From NCBI GenBank assembly GCA_023426265.1, contig JAFABA010000165.1, forward strand, positions 3,453-67,452: DNA of 64,000 nucleotides. The letters run 5' to 3'. The position numbers and the translations under genes are program-made. The DNA comes from Bacillota bacterium (GTDB taxonomy: Bacteria > Bacillota > Clostridia > Christensenellales > CAG-138). Under the pieces are notes generated by a model. It had not been told where the DNA came from and made no database searches. It saw nothing but the letters and a program-made list of their open reading frames with translations. Below, in pieces: positions 44,260-54,454 of the stretch; position 1 is the stretch's first letter, and every line of letters begins with the position of its first letter.

Positions 44260-45162
44260 TCAGTCTTCCAGCAGCGCCCACGCGCGGTTCACCACCCGCT
44301 TTGTGTTGGCCAGTATGATATCCCCGTCCTGGTCGGGCCGGAGCGTAACCTCCATGGAAAGCACCATCGGATCGTTTGCGTTAAAGAACCCTTCGCTTTT
44401 CAATACGCGGAAATAGTCCAGAAGCTCTTCGGTATCGTTGGCACTGTTGGGATAACCAAAGCAGGGGTGCAGGTCGCCGTAAGCATCGCAGCCCGGCTTT
44501 ACCACGGCATTTCCAAAATGCAGGTGCGTAATGTAGGGCCGAAGCACCTGGATGACGAACTTGCTGGTTTCGTAGGTGGTGGGAAAATGCGAAAGATCCA
44601 CCAGCAAACCAAAATTGTCGCATGTCGTGCGCATATCGGCCGCAAAGCGCGCGGCGAGCGGGGCGGGGCCTATGAGCGAAGCTTTGTCCATATCATAATC
44701 GAACACTTCGAGCTCCACCATCATGCCTTTGGTCTTGGCGTATGCGCATACCGTGCGCGTGGTTTTTAAAAGCTGCGCATAATTTTGTTCCTTGGTTTCT
44801 TCGCTCCATTTGCCGGATAAAAAGGCGATGCCCTTTGCCCCCAGGTATTCCGCTTCGTCCACCGCTTCCAACAAAGTGGCCTCGGCGGCCTTGCGGCCCG
44901 CTTCGTCGAGATCGTTGGGATTGAGCTTGGGGCCTAAGAGCCGGGGCTGCGCGCCGTAGCATACCTTCATGTGGCTCTGCTCAAGAATTTTTTTCGCAGC
45001 CGCCCGTACGCCGTCATCCTGAATGCGCCCCACCTCTATGGCGTCGAAAAAGTCGTCCGACGCTAGGGTCTTCAGCGATTCCAGAATGTCGTACTTGGCG
45101 GGAGGATGGCTCATCCATTGAATGGTGCCAACTTTGAAATACTTGTGGATAGACTCTTTCAT
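44260..45162 (-). CDS. Sugar phosphate isomerase/epimerase (xylose-isomerase-like TIM barrel)
   Basis: TIM-barrel family pattern (FDAIEV...GAKGIAFLSG...VELEVFD...LLVDLSHF...THLHFGN). The start is refined to MKESIH. Confidence 0.7.
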   Translation of the reverse strand: MKESIHKYFKVGTIQWMSHPPAKYDILESLKTLASDDFFDAIEVGRIQDDGVRAAAKKILEQSHMKVCYGAQPRLLGPKLNPNDLDEAGRKAAEATLLEAVDEAEYLGAKGIAFLSGKWSEETKEQNYAQLLKTTRTVCAYAKTKGMMVELEVFDYDMDKASLIGPAPLAARFAADMRTTCDNFGLLVDLSHFPTTYETSKFVIQVLRPYITHLHFGNAVVKPGCDAYGDLHPCFGYPNSANDTEELLDYFRVLKSEGFFNANDPMVLSMEVTLRPDQDGDIILANTKRVVNRAWALLED

Positions 45163-45207
45163 TGCATATCCCTCCTGTATCATATTTTAGTGATCGTCCC
45201 TCTGCCG

Positions 45208-46227
45208 TTATGAGAGATCCATAACCACTTTCATTTCAAGAGATGCGTTGTCCACACTCTTTGCGAAGCCGTCCACGATGTCCTGTAAGGGGAAACGGCT
45301 TGTAATGATCTCTTTTGCCTGCACGCTGCCGTTTTGCAAAAAGGCGATGGCATCCCTATAATCCTCGCGCACGTACATCATATGGCCGATCAGGTTAACT
45401 TCCCTGCGCTGCAGCAAGGGTACCTCCAACTGCATGGGGTCCTTGTAGTTGCCGGTTATAATGATATCGGAGCTGGGGCGCGCCGCCGCAAGGCAGCTTG
45501 AAAAGCTCGACGCGGTGGCGGCGGCATCGATGATGATATCCGCCTTCTTAGGCCCGAATGCCTGCAATATGGCGTCCTTCAGCGACAGTTCTTTGGTGTT
45601 TACCGCTTTTTCAATGCCGCAGCGCCGCGCAAGGTCCAGCCGCGCATCCGTAATATCCGTAATGAGCACATCGCCCGCGCCAAGCGCCAGTGCGGATTGG
45701 GCAATCAGATTGCCTATTGTCCCGGCGCCGATTACCGCGATGTTGGCGTTTTTGTAGTTGCCGCGTTTCACGGCCCCCACGCCCACAGCCAAAGGCTCCA
45801 CCAGCGCGATCAGGTCCAGATCCATATCGGGCGAGCAAAGATGCAGGTATTGCGGGTCCACCGCCACAAATTCGGCCGCAAACCCGTCCATATGGACGCC
45901 CATTACCTTCAGGCTCTCGCATACGTTGAAGCGCCCTATGGAGCAGGGATGGCATGCGCCGCAAACCACCTGGGGTTCCACCGTAACCTTGTCGCCTTCT
46001 GCATAGCCTTGTACCTTTGCGCCAACCCGGTGGACAACGGCACTGACTTCATGTCCCGGCACGACCGGATAGGTCATATATTTGTGGCGGCCATGGTACA
46101 TCTGAATATCCGAGCCGCATACCCCTACGCGCGCCACACGCAGCAATACCTGCTCCGGCGTGATCTGCGGCACGGGGACGTCGCGCAGCTCGAAGGTATA
46201 GGGGGCGGTCAAAACAGCTTGCTTCAT
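45208..46227 (-). CDS. Zinc-dependent MDR alcohol/polyol dehydrogenase
   Basis: VGVCGSDIQMYHG...GHEVSAVV...CGACHPCSIGRFNVC...VIGAGTIGNL. Confidence 0.85.
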   Translation of the reverse strand: MKQAVLTAPYTFELRDVPVPQITPEQVLLRVARVGVCGSDIQMYHGRHKYMTYPVVPGHEVSAVVHRVGAKVQGYAEGDKVTVEPQVVCGACHPCSIGRFNVCESLKVMGVHMDGFAAEFVAVDPQYLHLCSPDMDLDLIALVEPLAVGVGAVKRGNYKNANIAVIGAGTIGNLIAQSALALGAGDVLITDITDARLDLARRCGIEKAVNTKELSLKDAILQAFGPKKADIIIDAAATASSFSSCLAAARPSSDIIITGNYKDPMQLEVPLLQRREVNLIGHMMYVREDYRDAIAFLQNGSVQAKEIITSRFPLQDIVDGFAKSVDNASLEMKVVMDLS

Positions 46228-46234
46228 ACGTGCT

Positions 46235-47170
46235 TCACTTCCCATTCAACGCCGACTCTACCGTCTTGGCTATGGCCGCGGCATCGAGGCAATATCGCTG
46301 CAGCAGGCCGCCATAAGGGCCGCACTCGGTGTGGCAGTCGTTTGTGCCAATAAATCTCTGGGGCACGCTGCTTCCGGCAGCGCTGAGCACTTCGGCTACC
46401 GCGCCGCCAAGGCCGCCAATGACATTGTGCTCTTCAGCGGTAACAACCAGCCCGGCTTTTGCGGCGCAATCCAGGATCAGCTCCCGGTCTATGGGCTTGA
46501 TGGAGAACATGTCAACCACCCGGACCTCTATACCTTTTCTTGAAAGCTCTTCGGCGGCCTGGAGCGCCTGCCCCACCATCACGCCGCAGGCTATGATGGC
46601 GGCGTCGGCCCCTTCGCGCACCACCATGCCCCTGCCGGGAGCAAACGCGGTGCCGGGGGCGTAAACATCGGCGGTCGCGTCCCTGGAAAGGCGGATGTAC
46701 ATGGGCCCTTTTGTTTCGATGGCATGCTTCACCAGCCAGTCCGTCTGCACCTCATCCGACGGTACAAACACCTCAAACCCCGGCAGCGTGCGCATGATGG
46801 CGATGTCCTCCAGGGAATGGTGGCTGGGCCCGTCGTAGGAATCGGATATGCCGCCATAGGCGCCCATGAATTTCATATTGAGGCCGGAATAGGAGCCGAA
46901 AGCCCGCGCACCAATGAGACCGATGGAGGTCAGGAACACCGCGAAGGTATTGATAAAGGGAATCTTGCCGCTTGCGGCAAGGCCCGCGGCCACCCCCACC
47001 ATATTGGCCTCCGCAATGCCCATATTGAAAAACCGGTCCGGGCATTCCTTGCCGAATATGGACGACTTTGTGGAGGACGCCACGTCGGCGTCCAGCGCCA
47101 CCACATCGGGATTGTCCTTTCCGTATTTGAGCAGGCTCTCGCCGTATGCGTCCCGAATTGTCTTAGCCAT
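46235..47170 (-). CDS. Transketolase, C-terminal (pyrimidine-binding) subunit
   Basis: MAKTIRDAYGESLLKYGKDNPDVVALDADVASSTKS...FNMGIAEANMVGVAAGLA. The start overlaps the stop of the N-terminal subunit gene (ATGGCTAA). Confidence 0.9.
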   Translation of the reverse strand: MAKTIRDAYGESLLKYGKDNPDVVALDADVASSTKSSIFGKECPDRFFNMGIAEANMVGVAAGLAASGKIPFINTFAVFLTSIGLIGARAFGSYSGLNMKFMGAYGGISDSYDGPSHHSLEDIAIMRTLPGFEVFVPSDEVQTDWLVKHAIETKGPMYIRLSRDATADVYAPGTAFAPGRGMVVREGADAAIIACGVMVGQALQAAEELSRKGIEVRVVDMFSIKPIDRELILDCAAKAGLVVTAEEHNVIGGLGGAVAEVLSAAGSSVPQRFIGTNDCHTECGPYGGLLQRYCLDAAAIAKTVESALNGK

Positions 47171-48002
47171 GCTGCACTCCTCCCAGCTCCGCAATCGCCG
47201 CGGCGTATTCCTTGTCGTTAATGGGCTTGCCATGCCATGCGTTTTTCCCTTCCATAAAGGAAACGCCCTTACCCTTTACGGTCTTGGCAAGTATGACTGT
47301 CGGTCTTCCACGCACCTGTCTTGCTTTATCAATGCTCTCCGCAATGCCGGATACGTCGTGGCCATCGCATTGGAGGACTTCGAAGCCGAATGCCGCGAAT
47401 TTTGCCGCCAAGTCGCCCATGGGCATAATGTCGTCGCATGTGCCGTCGAGCTGCACGCCGTTGTGATCTACGATCACAACGAGGTTATCAAGGGAGAATT
47501 TGGCCGCGCTCATGGCCGCCTCCCAAACGGTGCCTTCGTTGAGTTCGCCGTCGCCCATCACGGCATATACGGTGGAAGGAATGCCCGAAAGCCTCATCCC
47601 CAGCGCCATGCCCACCGACGCAGACAGCCCGATGCCAAGGGGCCCTGTGGAAAGCTCCACCCCCGGCGTCTCCACGGAGCAGGGATGGCCCTGCAGACGG
47701 GAATCAAGCTGGCGCAGCGTGCGCATTTCCTCCACCGGGAAGAAGCCTTTTTCCGCCAGCACGCGGTATAGCATAGGCGCCGCGTGGCCCTTGGTCAATA
47801 CGATGCGGTCCCTCTCTTCCCAGCAGGGATTCGAAGGATCCACCGAAGCCTTTTCAAAATACAGAACCGTCAGAATTTCGCATACCGACAGCGAGCCGCC
47901 CGGATGCCCGGTCTGGATACGGTACAAAAGCTCTATTAAATCGGTACGGAATGTTTTGCACAAAGCATTCAGTTGTTCAATTCTTTCAAGTGACAGGCTC
48001 AT
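47163..48002 (-). CDS. Transketolase, N-terminal (TPP-binding) subunit
   Basis: GHPGGSLSVCEILTVLYF...VLTKGHAAPMLY...GPLGIGLSASVGMA...GDGELNEGTVWEA. Confidence 0.9.
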   Translation of the reverse strand: MSLSLERIEQLNALCKTFRTDLIELLYRIQTGHPGGSLSVCEILTVLYFEKASVDPSNPCWEERDRIVLTKGHAAPMLYRVLAEKGFFPVEEMRTLRQLDSRLQGHPCSVETPGVELSTGPLGIGLSASVGMALGMRLSGIPSTVYAVMGDGELNEGTVWEAAMSAAKFSLDNLVVIVDHNGVQLDGTCDDIMPMGDLAAKFAAFGFEVLQCDGHDVSGIAESIDKARQVRGRPTVILAKTVKGKGVSFMEGKNAWHGKPINDKEYAAAIAELGGVQHG

Positions 48003-48024
48003 TTTGCCGCCCTCCTTCTTCTCT

Positions 48025-49077
48025 TCATACCATTGCCCCGGCGCCTTCCGGTATCAGGAAAAACTTGCAGCCGTCTTTGCTTTCAAACCGGCGGAAGGCT
48101 TCCTCCCATTGGGTAATGGGCAAGCACACATCGGCCAGGGGTTCGAGCGTTACCTTCTTTTCTTCCAGCAGCTTGAGCGCGCGCCTCCAGCTATGGTTGC
48201 GGGAGCCAAGGGAGCCGGAAAAATGCAATTCCTTGTAGCATACTTTTTCAATATCAAACGGAATGGTTTTTCCCGGCAGGCCGATCTGGGTAAACCACCC
48301 CCTCTTTTTAATGAGCCGCAGTCCCGTGTCGATGCCGGGCGCGGAGCCGGAGCACTCGAGCACCACATCCGCTCCATAACCGCCGGATAAGGACATGACG
48401 GCTTCCTCAAGGTTTTGCCGCTCCAGGTTAACCACATGGTCCGCCCCAAGCTGTTTGGCGAGTTCAAGGCGGGCCGAATCCCGCTCCATGCCGCTTATCA
48501 CTACGTTTGCGCCATGCGCTTTGGCCACCTGCATGGCCATGAGCCCGATCGCCCCTGGGCCGGAAATTAACACGAGGTCCCCCGGCACGATGCGGCAAAG
48601 ATCATAGACGGCGTGGCACACGCAGGCCAAGGGTTCGGTCATGGCCGCGGCGGTGTCGGATACCGTGGCCGGTATTTTATGTACGCGGCCGGCCGGTACG
48701 ACAGTATAATCGGTAAATATGCCGTTATACCAATAGCCGAGCGTCCTGCGGCTCACGCAGAGGTTGTAGAAACCCTCTCGGCAGTAATCGCATGTGCCGC
48801 AATAGTCATAGGCCGTTTCGGAAACGACGCGTTCGCCCGGAACAAAGCCCGTAACGCCCTCTCCCACTTCGGCCACCACGCCCGAAAACTCATGCCCCGT
48901 CGTTACGGGAGGCCGCACCGGAATGGCGATATCGCTGTGGTAGATATGCAGATCCGAGCCGCATATGCCCGCCATGCGCACCTGAATTTTTATCTGACCG
49001 GGGCCAACCGCGGGTTCGGGGACGTCCCGGATCTCCATATTCCCGGGACCCGCGTCATACTTCACCAATGCTTTCAT
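48025..49077 (-). CDS. Zinc-dependent MDR alcohol/polyol dehydrogenase (second copy)
   Basis: AGICGSDLHIYH...GHEFSGVV...CGTCDYCREGFYNLC...ISGPGAIGLMA. Confidence 0.85.
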   Translation of the reverse strand: MKALVKYDAGPGNMEIRDVPEPAVGPGQIKIQVRMAGICGSDLHIYHSDIAIPVRPPVTTGHEFSGVVAEVGEGVTGFVPGERVVSETAYDYCGTCDYCREGFYNLCVSRRTLGYWYNGIFTDYTVVPAGRVHKIPATVSDTAAAMTEPLACVCHAVYDLCRIVPGDLVLISGPGAIGLMAMQVAKAHGANVVISGMERDSARLELAKQLGADHVVNLERQNLEEAVMSLSGGYGADVVLECSGSAPGIDTGLRLIKKRGWFTQIGLPGKTIPFDIEKVCYKELHFSGSLGSRNHSWRRALKLLEEKKVTLEPLADVCLPITQWEEAFRRFESKDGCKFFLIPEGAGAMV

Positions 49078-49098
49078 TTCTTTTCCTCCGTGTTATTG

Positions 49099-49830
49099 TC
49101 AATGCCGGTTAGCGGCCATCTTCCCCAAATATGCCTGCACCACGCGGGGATCGTTTTTGAGTTCGGACGATGGCCCCTGCAAAAACACCCTGCCGCTGTC
49201 GATGATATAGGCATAGTCGGAGATTTCAAACGCCAGACGCGCGTTCTGCTCCACCAGCAGCACCGGAATGCCCAGTTTATTGATCGCGACGATTTTCTCA
49301 AAAAGCTCGGCCACCACGCGGGGCGCAAGGCCCATGGAGGGTTCGTCCAGCATCAGAATCCTGGGATGGGCCATAATGCCACGGCCAATGGCGAGCATCT
49401 GCTGCTCCCCGCCCGAAAGGCTCCACCCCAGCTGGCTCCTGCGCTGTTTCAAATGCGGAAACAGCGTGTAAACCTCCTCAAGTTCCTTGTCGTAGGGCTT
49501 GCGGCCGAAAAATCCATGCCAGTTGATGGTCCCTGTTTCCAGATTGTCATGCACCGTCAGGCCTGGGAAAATATGGCGTCCCTCCGGCACATGAATGATC
49601 CCCTGCTTAGCGATGTAGTTGGCGTTTTTGTCAATAAGCTCCCCGCAATGCTCCGCCTGAATAGAGCCGGTGCGCCGGATAACGCCTGAGATTGCTTTTA
49701 ACAGCGTTGTTTTGCCCGCTCCGTTGGAACCTATGAGGCAAGTGATGCTCCCCGATTTCACGCGCATGTCGATCCCTTTCAGGGCTTCGATCGGGCCGTA
49801 ATAGGCGTGCAGGTTTTTGATCTCAAGCAT
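49099..49830 (-). CDS. ABC transporter ATP-binding protein, LivF-like
   Basis: GSNGAGKTTLLKAISG...LSGGEQQMLAIGRGIM...LMLDEPSMGLAP. Confidence 0.9.
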   Translation of the reverse strand: MLEIKNLHAYYGPIEALKGIDMRVKSGSITCLIGSNGAGKTTLLKAISGVIRRTGSIQAEHCGELIDKNANYIAKQGIIHVPEGRHIFPGLTVHDNLETGTINWHGFFGRKPYDKELEEVYTLFPHLKQRRSQLGWSLSGGEQQMLAIGRGIMAHPRILMLDEPSMGLAPRVVAELFEKIVAINKLGIPVLLVEQNARLAFEISDYAYIIDSGRVFLQGPSSELKNDPRVVQAYLGKMAANRH

Positions 49831-50584
49831 GCTCCAAATTCCTCCCCAGGTACGCTTCTATTACCGCTTCGTCGCTGGACACGCATTCGGGATTGCCGTT
49901 GCAGATGACTTTGCCAAAGTTGATGACCACAATGTTTTCGCAGATATTCATGATCATATCCATGGAATGCTCGATGAGCAGCACGCCTATGCCCTTATCC
50001 CTTGCCGCATGATTCAGAAGCGCCATCACGTCGTCGATCTCTTTGTTGTTCAGGCCTGCCGCGGGTTCGTCTACCAGCATGATTTTCGGGTGGGACAGCA
50101 TGCTGCGCACGATCTCAAGCTGCTTGCGCTGGCCGTAGGCCAGGGCGTTGATATCGTCCTCCAAGTCAAAGGTGAAGTCCAGATAGCGCATCGCGTCCTT
50201 GAGCTCTTCCTCAAAATTGGCGCCCTTTTTCCCGAAATAGCTGTTCAGATACCCCATCTGGTTATTCAAGTCGGTTCCCAGCAGAAGATTGTCCCGGATG
50301 TTGGAACGCTGCAAAAATCTGGGTGTCTGGAACGTGCGCCCAATACCCATGCGCGCGCGCCTATGGGAAGGATAGGAAGTGATATTCTCCTCATCGAAAA
50401 ATATGTTCCCGGAGTCCGGCGTGTAGATTCCGCTGATGAGGTTCATAAGCGTGCTTTTGCCCGCCCCGTTTGGGCCTATCAAACCGTGGATCTGAGCCGG
50501 CATGACCTGGAAGGTGATCTCGTCGGCAGCTATGACGCCGCCAAAGCGCTTGCATACTTTATCCAGCCTCAATATCGGGTTCAT
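49823..50584 (-). CDS. ABC transporter ATP-binding protein, LivG-like
   Basis: GPNGAGKSTLMNLISG...LAYGQRKQLEIVRSM...MLVDEPAAGLN. Confidence 0.9.
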   Translation of the reverse strand: MNPILRLDKVCKRFGGVIAADEITFQVMPAQIHGLIGPNGAGKSTLMNLISGIYTPDSGNIFFDEENITSYPSHRRARMGIGRTFQTPRFLQRSNIRDNLLLGTDLNNQMGYLNSYFGKKGANFEEELKDAMRYLDFTFDLEDDINALAYGQRKQLEIVRSMLSHPKIMLVDEPAAGLNNKEIDDVMALLNHAARDKGIGVLLIEHSMDMIMNICENIVVINFGKVICNGNPECVSSDEAVIEAYLGRNLEHA

Positions 50585-51603
50585 ACGCTTCCCTCCTCTT
50601 TATCGGCGGGCAAGACGGAAGCCGCCTGCTTCTTTGCCATTTTGCGTCTGAGCGCTTTGAGCAATTTTTTGGCAAGCCCCGCGAGGCCGTCGGGCATGAA
50701 TACCATGAGCAGTATCACGCCCACGCCGTAAATGAGCTGCAGGTAGCTTTGCATAAAGCGCAGCCATTCCGGCAGCATGGTGACAAGCAGCGAGCCGACA
50801 AATATGCCCACCGTGTTGTTCACGCCGCCCAGCATTGCCATAATAATATAGGAAGTAGCCCGTTCGAAGTTGAACATATCGGAAGACACAAACTGGCTGT
50901 GCATCGCGTACAGGGACCCGGCCAAGGCCGCCAGCACACCCGCAATGGTAAAGGCGATCACCTTGGTCATATACACGTTGATGCCAAGGGTTTGCGCCGC
51001 GATTTCGTTGTCGCGTATGGCGGAAAGCGAGCGGCCCAATTGGGTGCGGCGGATACGTTCCACCAGGAGCGCTACCGCAAGTACAAAGCCCACGAGTATA
51101 AAAAACCATTGATTGTAATTTTGTGGCGACCAGCCGAACAGCCGCAGCGTGGATATGCCGGATATGCCGTCCGGACCGCCGAACAGGGGTTTATAGCTCA
51201 GGTAAAACGACCACGCCACCTGCACCAAGCCGATGGTCGCAAACGTGAAATAGGTTCCGCGCAATCTCAGGAGGATCAGCCCTGCCACAAAGGCCACGGC
51301 GCCGCCTACCAAAAGCGAGATAAACAACGCCGCCACAGGCTCCATCCAGAACCCCATGCGGCCGGAGCAGAGGTTTGCAGTCGTATAAGCGCCAAGCCCC
51401 ATAAAAGCCACCGCCGCAAACGTAAGCTGGCCGCCCAGGCCAAGCATTACGGAAAGCCCGTAAGCGGCAATCGCATAGATCAGCGCGAGGTTCAGAACCA
51501 TCATGGAATACCCCTCGTTGCTCAGCGGCGCAACGATGCAAAAAGCAATGCCGACAAGGAGCAGGATCAGGGCGCTTGGTTTTAGCTTGAACGTTCTTTT
51601 CAT
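50581..51603 (-). CDS. ABC transporter permease, LivM-like
   Basis: Polytopic HAAT-family permease (LGLGGQLTFAAVAFMGLGAYT...RSLSAIRDNEIAAQTLGINV). The start is refined to MKRTFK. Confidence 0.85.
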   Translation of the reverse strand: MKRTFKLKPSALILLLVGIAFCIVAPLSNEGYSMMVLNLALIYAIAAYGLSVMLGLGGQLTFAAVAFMGLGAYTTANLCSGRMGFWMEPVAALFISLLVGGAVAFVAGLILLRLRGTYFTFATIGLVQVAWSFYLSYKPLFGGPDGISGISTLRLFGWSPQNYNQWFFILVGFVLAVALLVERIRRTQLGRSLSAIRDNEIAAQTLGINVYMTKVIAFTIAGVLAALAGSLYAMHSQFVSSDMFNFERATSYIIMAMLGGVNNTVGIFVGSLLVTMLPEWLRFMQSYLQLIYGVGVILLMVFMPDGLAGLAKKLLKALRRKMAKKQAASVLPADKEEGSV

Positions 51604-51614
51604 ATGAGCGCACC

Positions 51615-52511
51615 TCACGCCTTATCCGCAATCTTCTCGCCGAACAACCCCTGGGGCCGCACGAGCAAAAAGGCAATGAGCACCAGGAACACCACGGCAT
51701 CCTTGTACTGGGAGAACTGGATGGTGCTGTAGGACTCCACCAGGCCGATGATGATGGAACCCAAAATAGCCCCCTTGATGTTTCCGAACCCGCCGATGAC
51801 CACGCCCGCGAAGGCGCGTAATTGCAGCGAACCTAAGGTGTTGCTTACCATAAAGATGGGCGATATCATATAACCGCCGACCGAAGCGAGGATCACCACG
51901 ATGATATAGGTCGCCAAAGTGGTGACTACTGTGGGAATCCCCAAAAGTTCCGCCGCATATTTATCCTGGGCGGCAGCCTGCATCATGCGGCCGGCATATA
52001 GTTTTTCAAACAATATAAATACCAGGACGATGAGCACGATACCCACGATGATCGTAAGCACGAATTGCCATTGAAGCGATATGGAGCCGATGCGGAACAC
52101 CGCCGCCTTGCCGGTTTCGGGGTTTCTCATAAGCGGCGGCATTGAGCGCGGAAGGCTGCCCCAGATGAGAGTGGCAATTTCTTTGAGCACCATGGCTGCA
52201 CCCATGGTAGAAATGACTGTCGCCGCCGGATAAGTCGCATTCCGAAGCGGCCAGTATACCGTGAACATAAATATTGTGCCGATGAGCGCAAAGGAAACCA
52301 ACGCAAAAGGGATCATCAGGTACAACGGCAGCTTTACATCCACGATCAGCCAGCAGGTTACAAACGCGCCAAACATCAGCAGATCGCCCTGGGCAAAATT
52401 CATAACGCCGATCGCGCGTATGAGCAAAATCAGACCCATTGCCATCAGGGCATATATCATTCCCATGGCGACGCCGTTAACGCCAAGAGAAATTATGGTG
52501 TTTACATTCAT
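51615..52511 (-). CDS. ABC transporter permease, LivH-like
   Basis: MNVNTIISLGVNGVAMGMIYALMAMGLILLIRAIGVMNFAQGDLLMFGAF. The start is refined to ATG 52511. Confidence 0.85.
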   Translation of the reverse strand: MNVNTIISLGVNGVAMGMIYALMAMGLILLIRAIGVMNFAQGDLLMFGAFVTCWLIVDVKLPLYLMIPFALVSFALIGTIFMFTVYWPLRNATYPAATVISTMGAAMVLKEIATLIWGSLPRSMPPLMRNPETGKAAVFRIGSISLQWQFVLTIIVGIVLIVLVFILFEKLYAGRMMQAAAQDKYAAELLGIPTVVTTLATYIIVVILASVGGYMISPIFMVSNTLGSLQLRAFAGVVIGGFGNIKGAILGSIIIGLVESYSTIQFSQYKDAVVFLVLIAFLLVRPQGLFGEKIADKA

Positions 52512-52731
52512 ATTTTTACCTCGTTGCGCTTTCCCGGAATATTTCCATACAAGGGGCACATTTCGATGCAGCCTGCCCGCAGCCGCCCGGTGCTTGCCTG
52601 TTTGCCTTTCAAGCAGGCAAGCATCGGGCGGCACTCTGGACAGGTCCGGCAGTCCCCGCAATTTGGGTCTCCCCTCATATAGGGAAGCCCGCAGTAAAAC
52701 CGCCGGAAGCACCTTCGTGTGATCTCCCGCT

Positions 52732-53973
52732 TTACCGGGTGGTCACGGTATCCAACATGGTGGCTTTCCCGTCCACATTCAGCGTAAGGAACTGGCTCGA
52801 ACTGAAGCAGCGGTTCGGGGAATAATAATAGGTGGACATAGCGCCTTTATAGCCCTCGATTTTTTCCAGCGCGCTGTTGATCGCCTCTTTATCCTCGGTG
52901 GTGCCCGCAAGTTCGCAGGCCTGCTTGAAGAGCATAATGGAGTCGTAAGCCGTTACGGCAGGCATATCCGAGTCCGCGCCGTAAGAGAGACGATAAGCTT
53001 GTGCAAAGGTTTTCCCTTCGGGGGTGGCCACTTCGACCGTCCAGTCCGCCACGGCATACCAGCCGTTGGCGGTAGCGCCCGCGTTTTCACGGCAGACAGC
53101 AGAAGCCCAGGAGGAGGATCCCAATAAGGGGATATCAAGACCGGCTGCGTCTACTTGCTGGCAGATGATGGCGGCAGGCATCTGGTGGCCAATCGCGATC
53201 AGCCCGTCCGCGTCGGAGTTCTGGATCTGGGTGATGATAGGCGCAAAGTTTTTCTCATCCACCACAAAGCCAAACTGCTTTTCGGCGGGAACAACGATAC
53301 CGAGTTGCTCAAGCGAAGCGACGGTCTGGGCGCGCAGGCCTTCGCCAAAGCTTTCCGTAGAGTATAGGATGGCGGGGTTTTTCATCTCCAGGTTTTCAAC
53401 GGCAGCTTTCGCGAGCAGCAGGCCTGATTTGTCGTCCGTCATGCGGGCCTGCCACATGTACGGGTTGTTTTCCTTGGGAATGTTGGCCGAGGAACCGCCC
53501 GCAAACATGGTGATTTTTTTCTCCAGCACGTTTGGCGAAGCCGCAATGCAGTTGGAGGAATATGTCGATCCGAAAAACGCCACCACTTCGGGATAGTTCA
53601 TGATTTTCACCATGGCGTTTACCGAGGACTGGAGGTTATCCACTTCGTCTTCGAACACCAATACCAGTTCCTTGCCCAGGATGCCGCCATTGGCATTGAT
53701 GTGCTGCACCGCAAGATTGGCGCCGTTTACCACATATTCGCCAACCATCTTATTCGTTCCGGTAATAGGTGCGACTACGCCGAATGTGACGGAGCCCTCC
53801 AGGGCCTTGCCCGGCTCACCCTCCGATGCAGCGGGTTCGGGGGTGGTTACGGGCGCGGGTGTGGACTCCTGGGGGGGAGTGGTCGTGCTGGACGCCGGCG
53901 GGGTTGTGGAGCATGCCGTTGCAAACAGCAGCACCATAGCAAGGAAACATATGCCCAATTTTAGCCTCTTCAT
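52732..53973 (-). CDS. ABC transporter substrate-binding lipoprotein (type-1 PBP, Liv/Peripla_BP_6-like)
   Basis: Start refined to MKRLKLGICFLAMVLLFATAC (lipobox), followed by a Thr/Pro linker and a PBP1 fold (FGVVAPITGTNKMVGEY). Confidence 0.85.
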   Translation of the reverse strand: MKRLKLGICFLAMVLLFATACSTTPPASSTTTPPQESTPAPVTTPEPAASEGEPGKALEGSVTFGVVAPITGTNKMVGEYVVNGANLAVQHINANGGILGKELVLVFEDEVDNLQSSVNAMVKIMNYPEVVAFFGSTYSSNCIAASPNVLEKKITMFAGGSSANIPKENNPYMWQARMTDDKSGLLLAKAAVENLEMKNPAILYSTESFGEGLRAQTVASLEQLGIVVPAEKQFGFVVDEKNFAPIITQIQNSDADGLIAIGHQMPAAIICQQVDAAGLDIPLLGSSSWASAVCRENAGATANGWYAVADWTVEVATPEGKTFAQAYRLSYGADSDMPAVTAYDSIMLFKQACELAGTTEDKEAINSALEKIEGYKGAMSTYYYSPNRCFSSSQFLTLNVDGKATMLDTVTTR

Positions 53974-54454
53974 TTTCTTTCTCCCTCTTTCCTGATTTTT
54001 GGAAGCGTTCCTTTTATTCGTTTTCACTCCACACGTATTTGCCACACGTGAAGCGTAAACTTCGCTGGTAGATGCGTACGGAAGCATTCGGGATTTTAAT
54101 ACATACTACGTAGGATGTCTTTTAAGAAAAATAGAGGTAAGCTTTGACTTATTTCAGTAATGATGCCGGTATTCAGGTTAAAAATCTAAGGTCAAAAAGT
54201 CTATTCAATAAATTAGGGCTAATAATTGGGAGTAATCGATACGACATCACACGTCGGATTAATTTGATGGGCTCATTATAGCATGCCCCTCCAAAGCTTG
54301 TCAAACCTCATTTTTAAATCAAATTTATTAGATTTCGGAGCCCTATGCAAATGCCGCTTGCTGACCAGACAAAAACCTGCTATGATAAATAAAAAGCAAA
54401 TTATGTCATCATACGTCGGATGTGATTATTCACATGCGAATGGAGGCAGGATAT

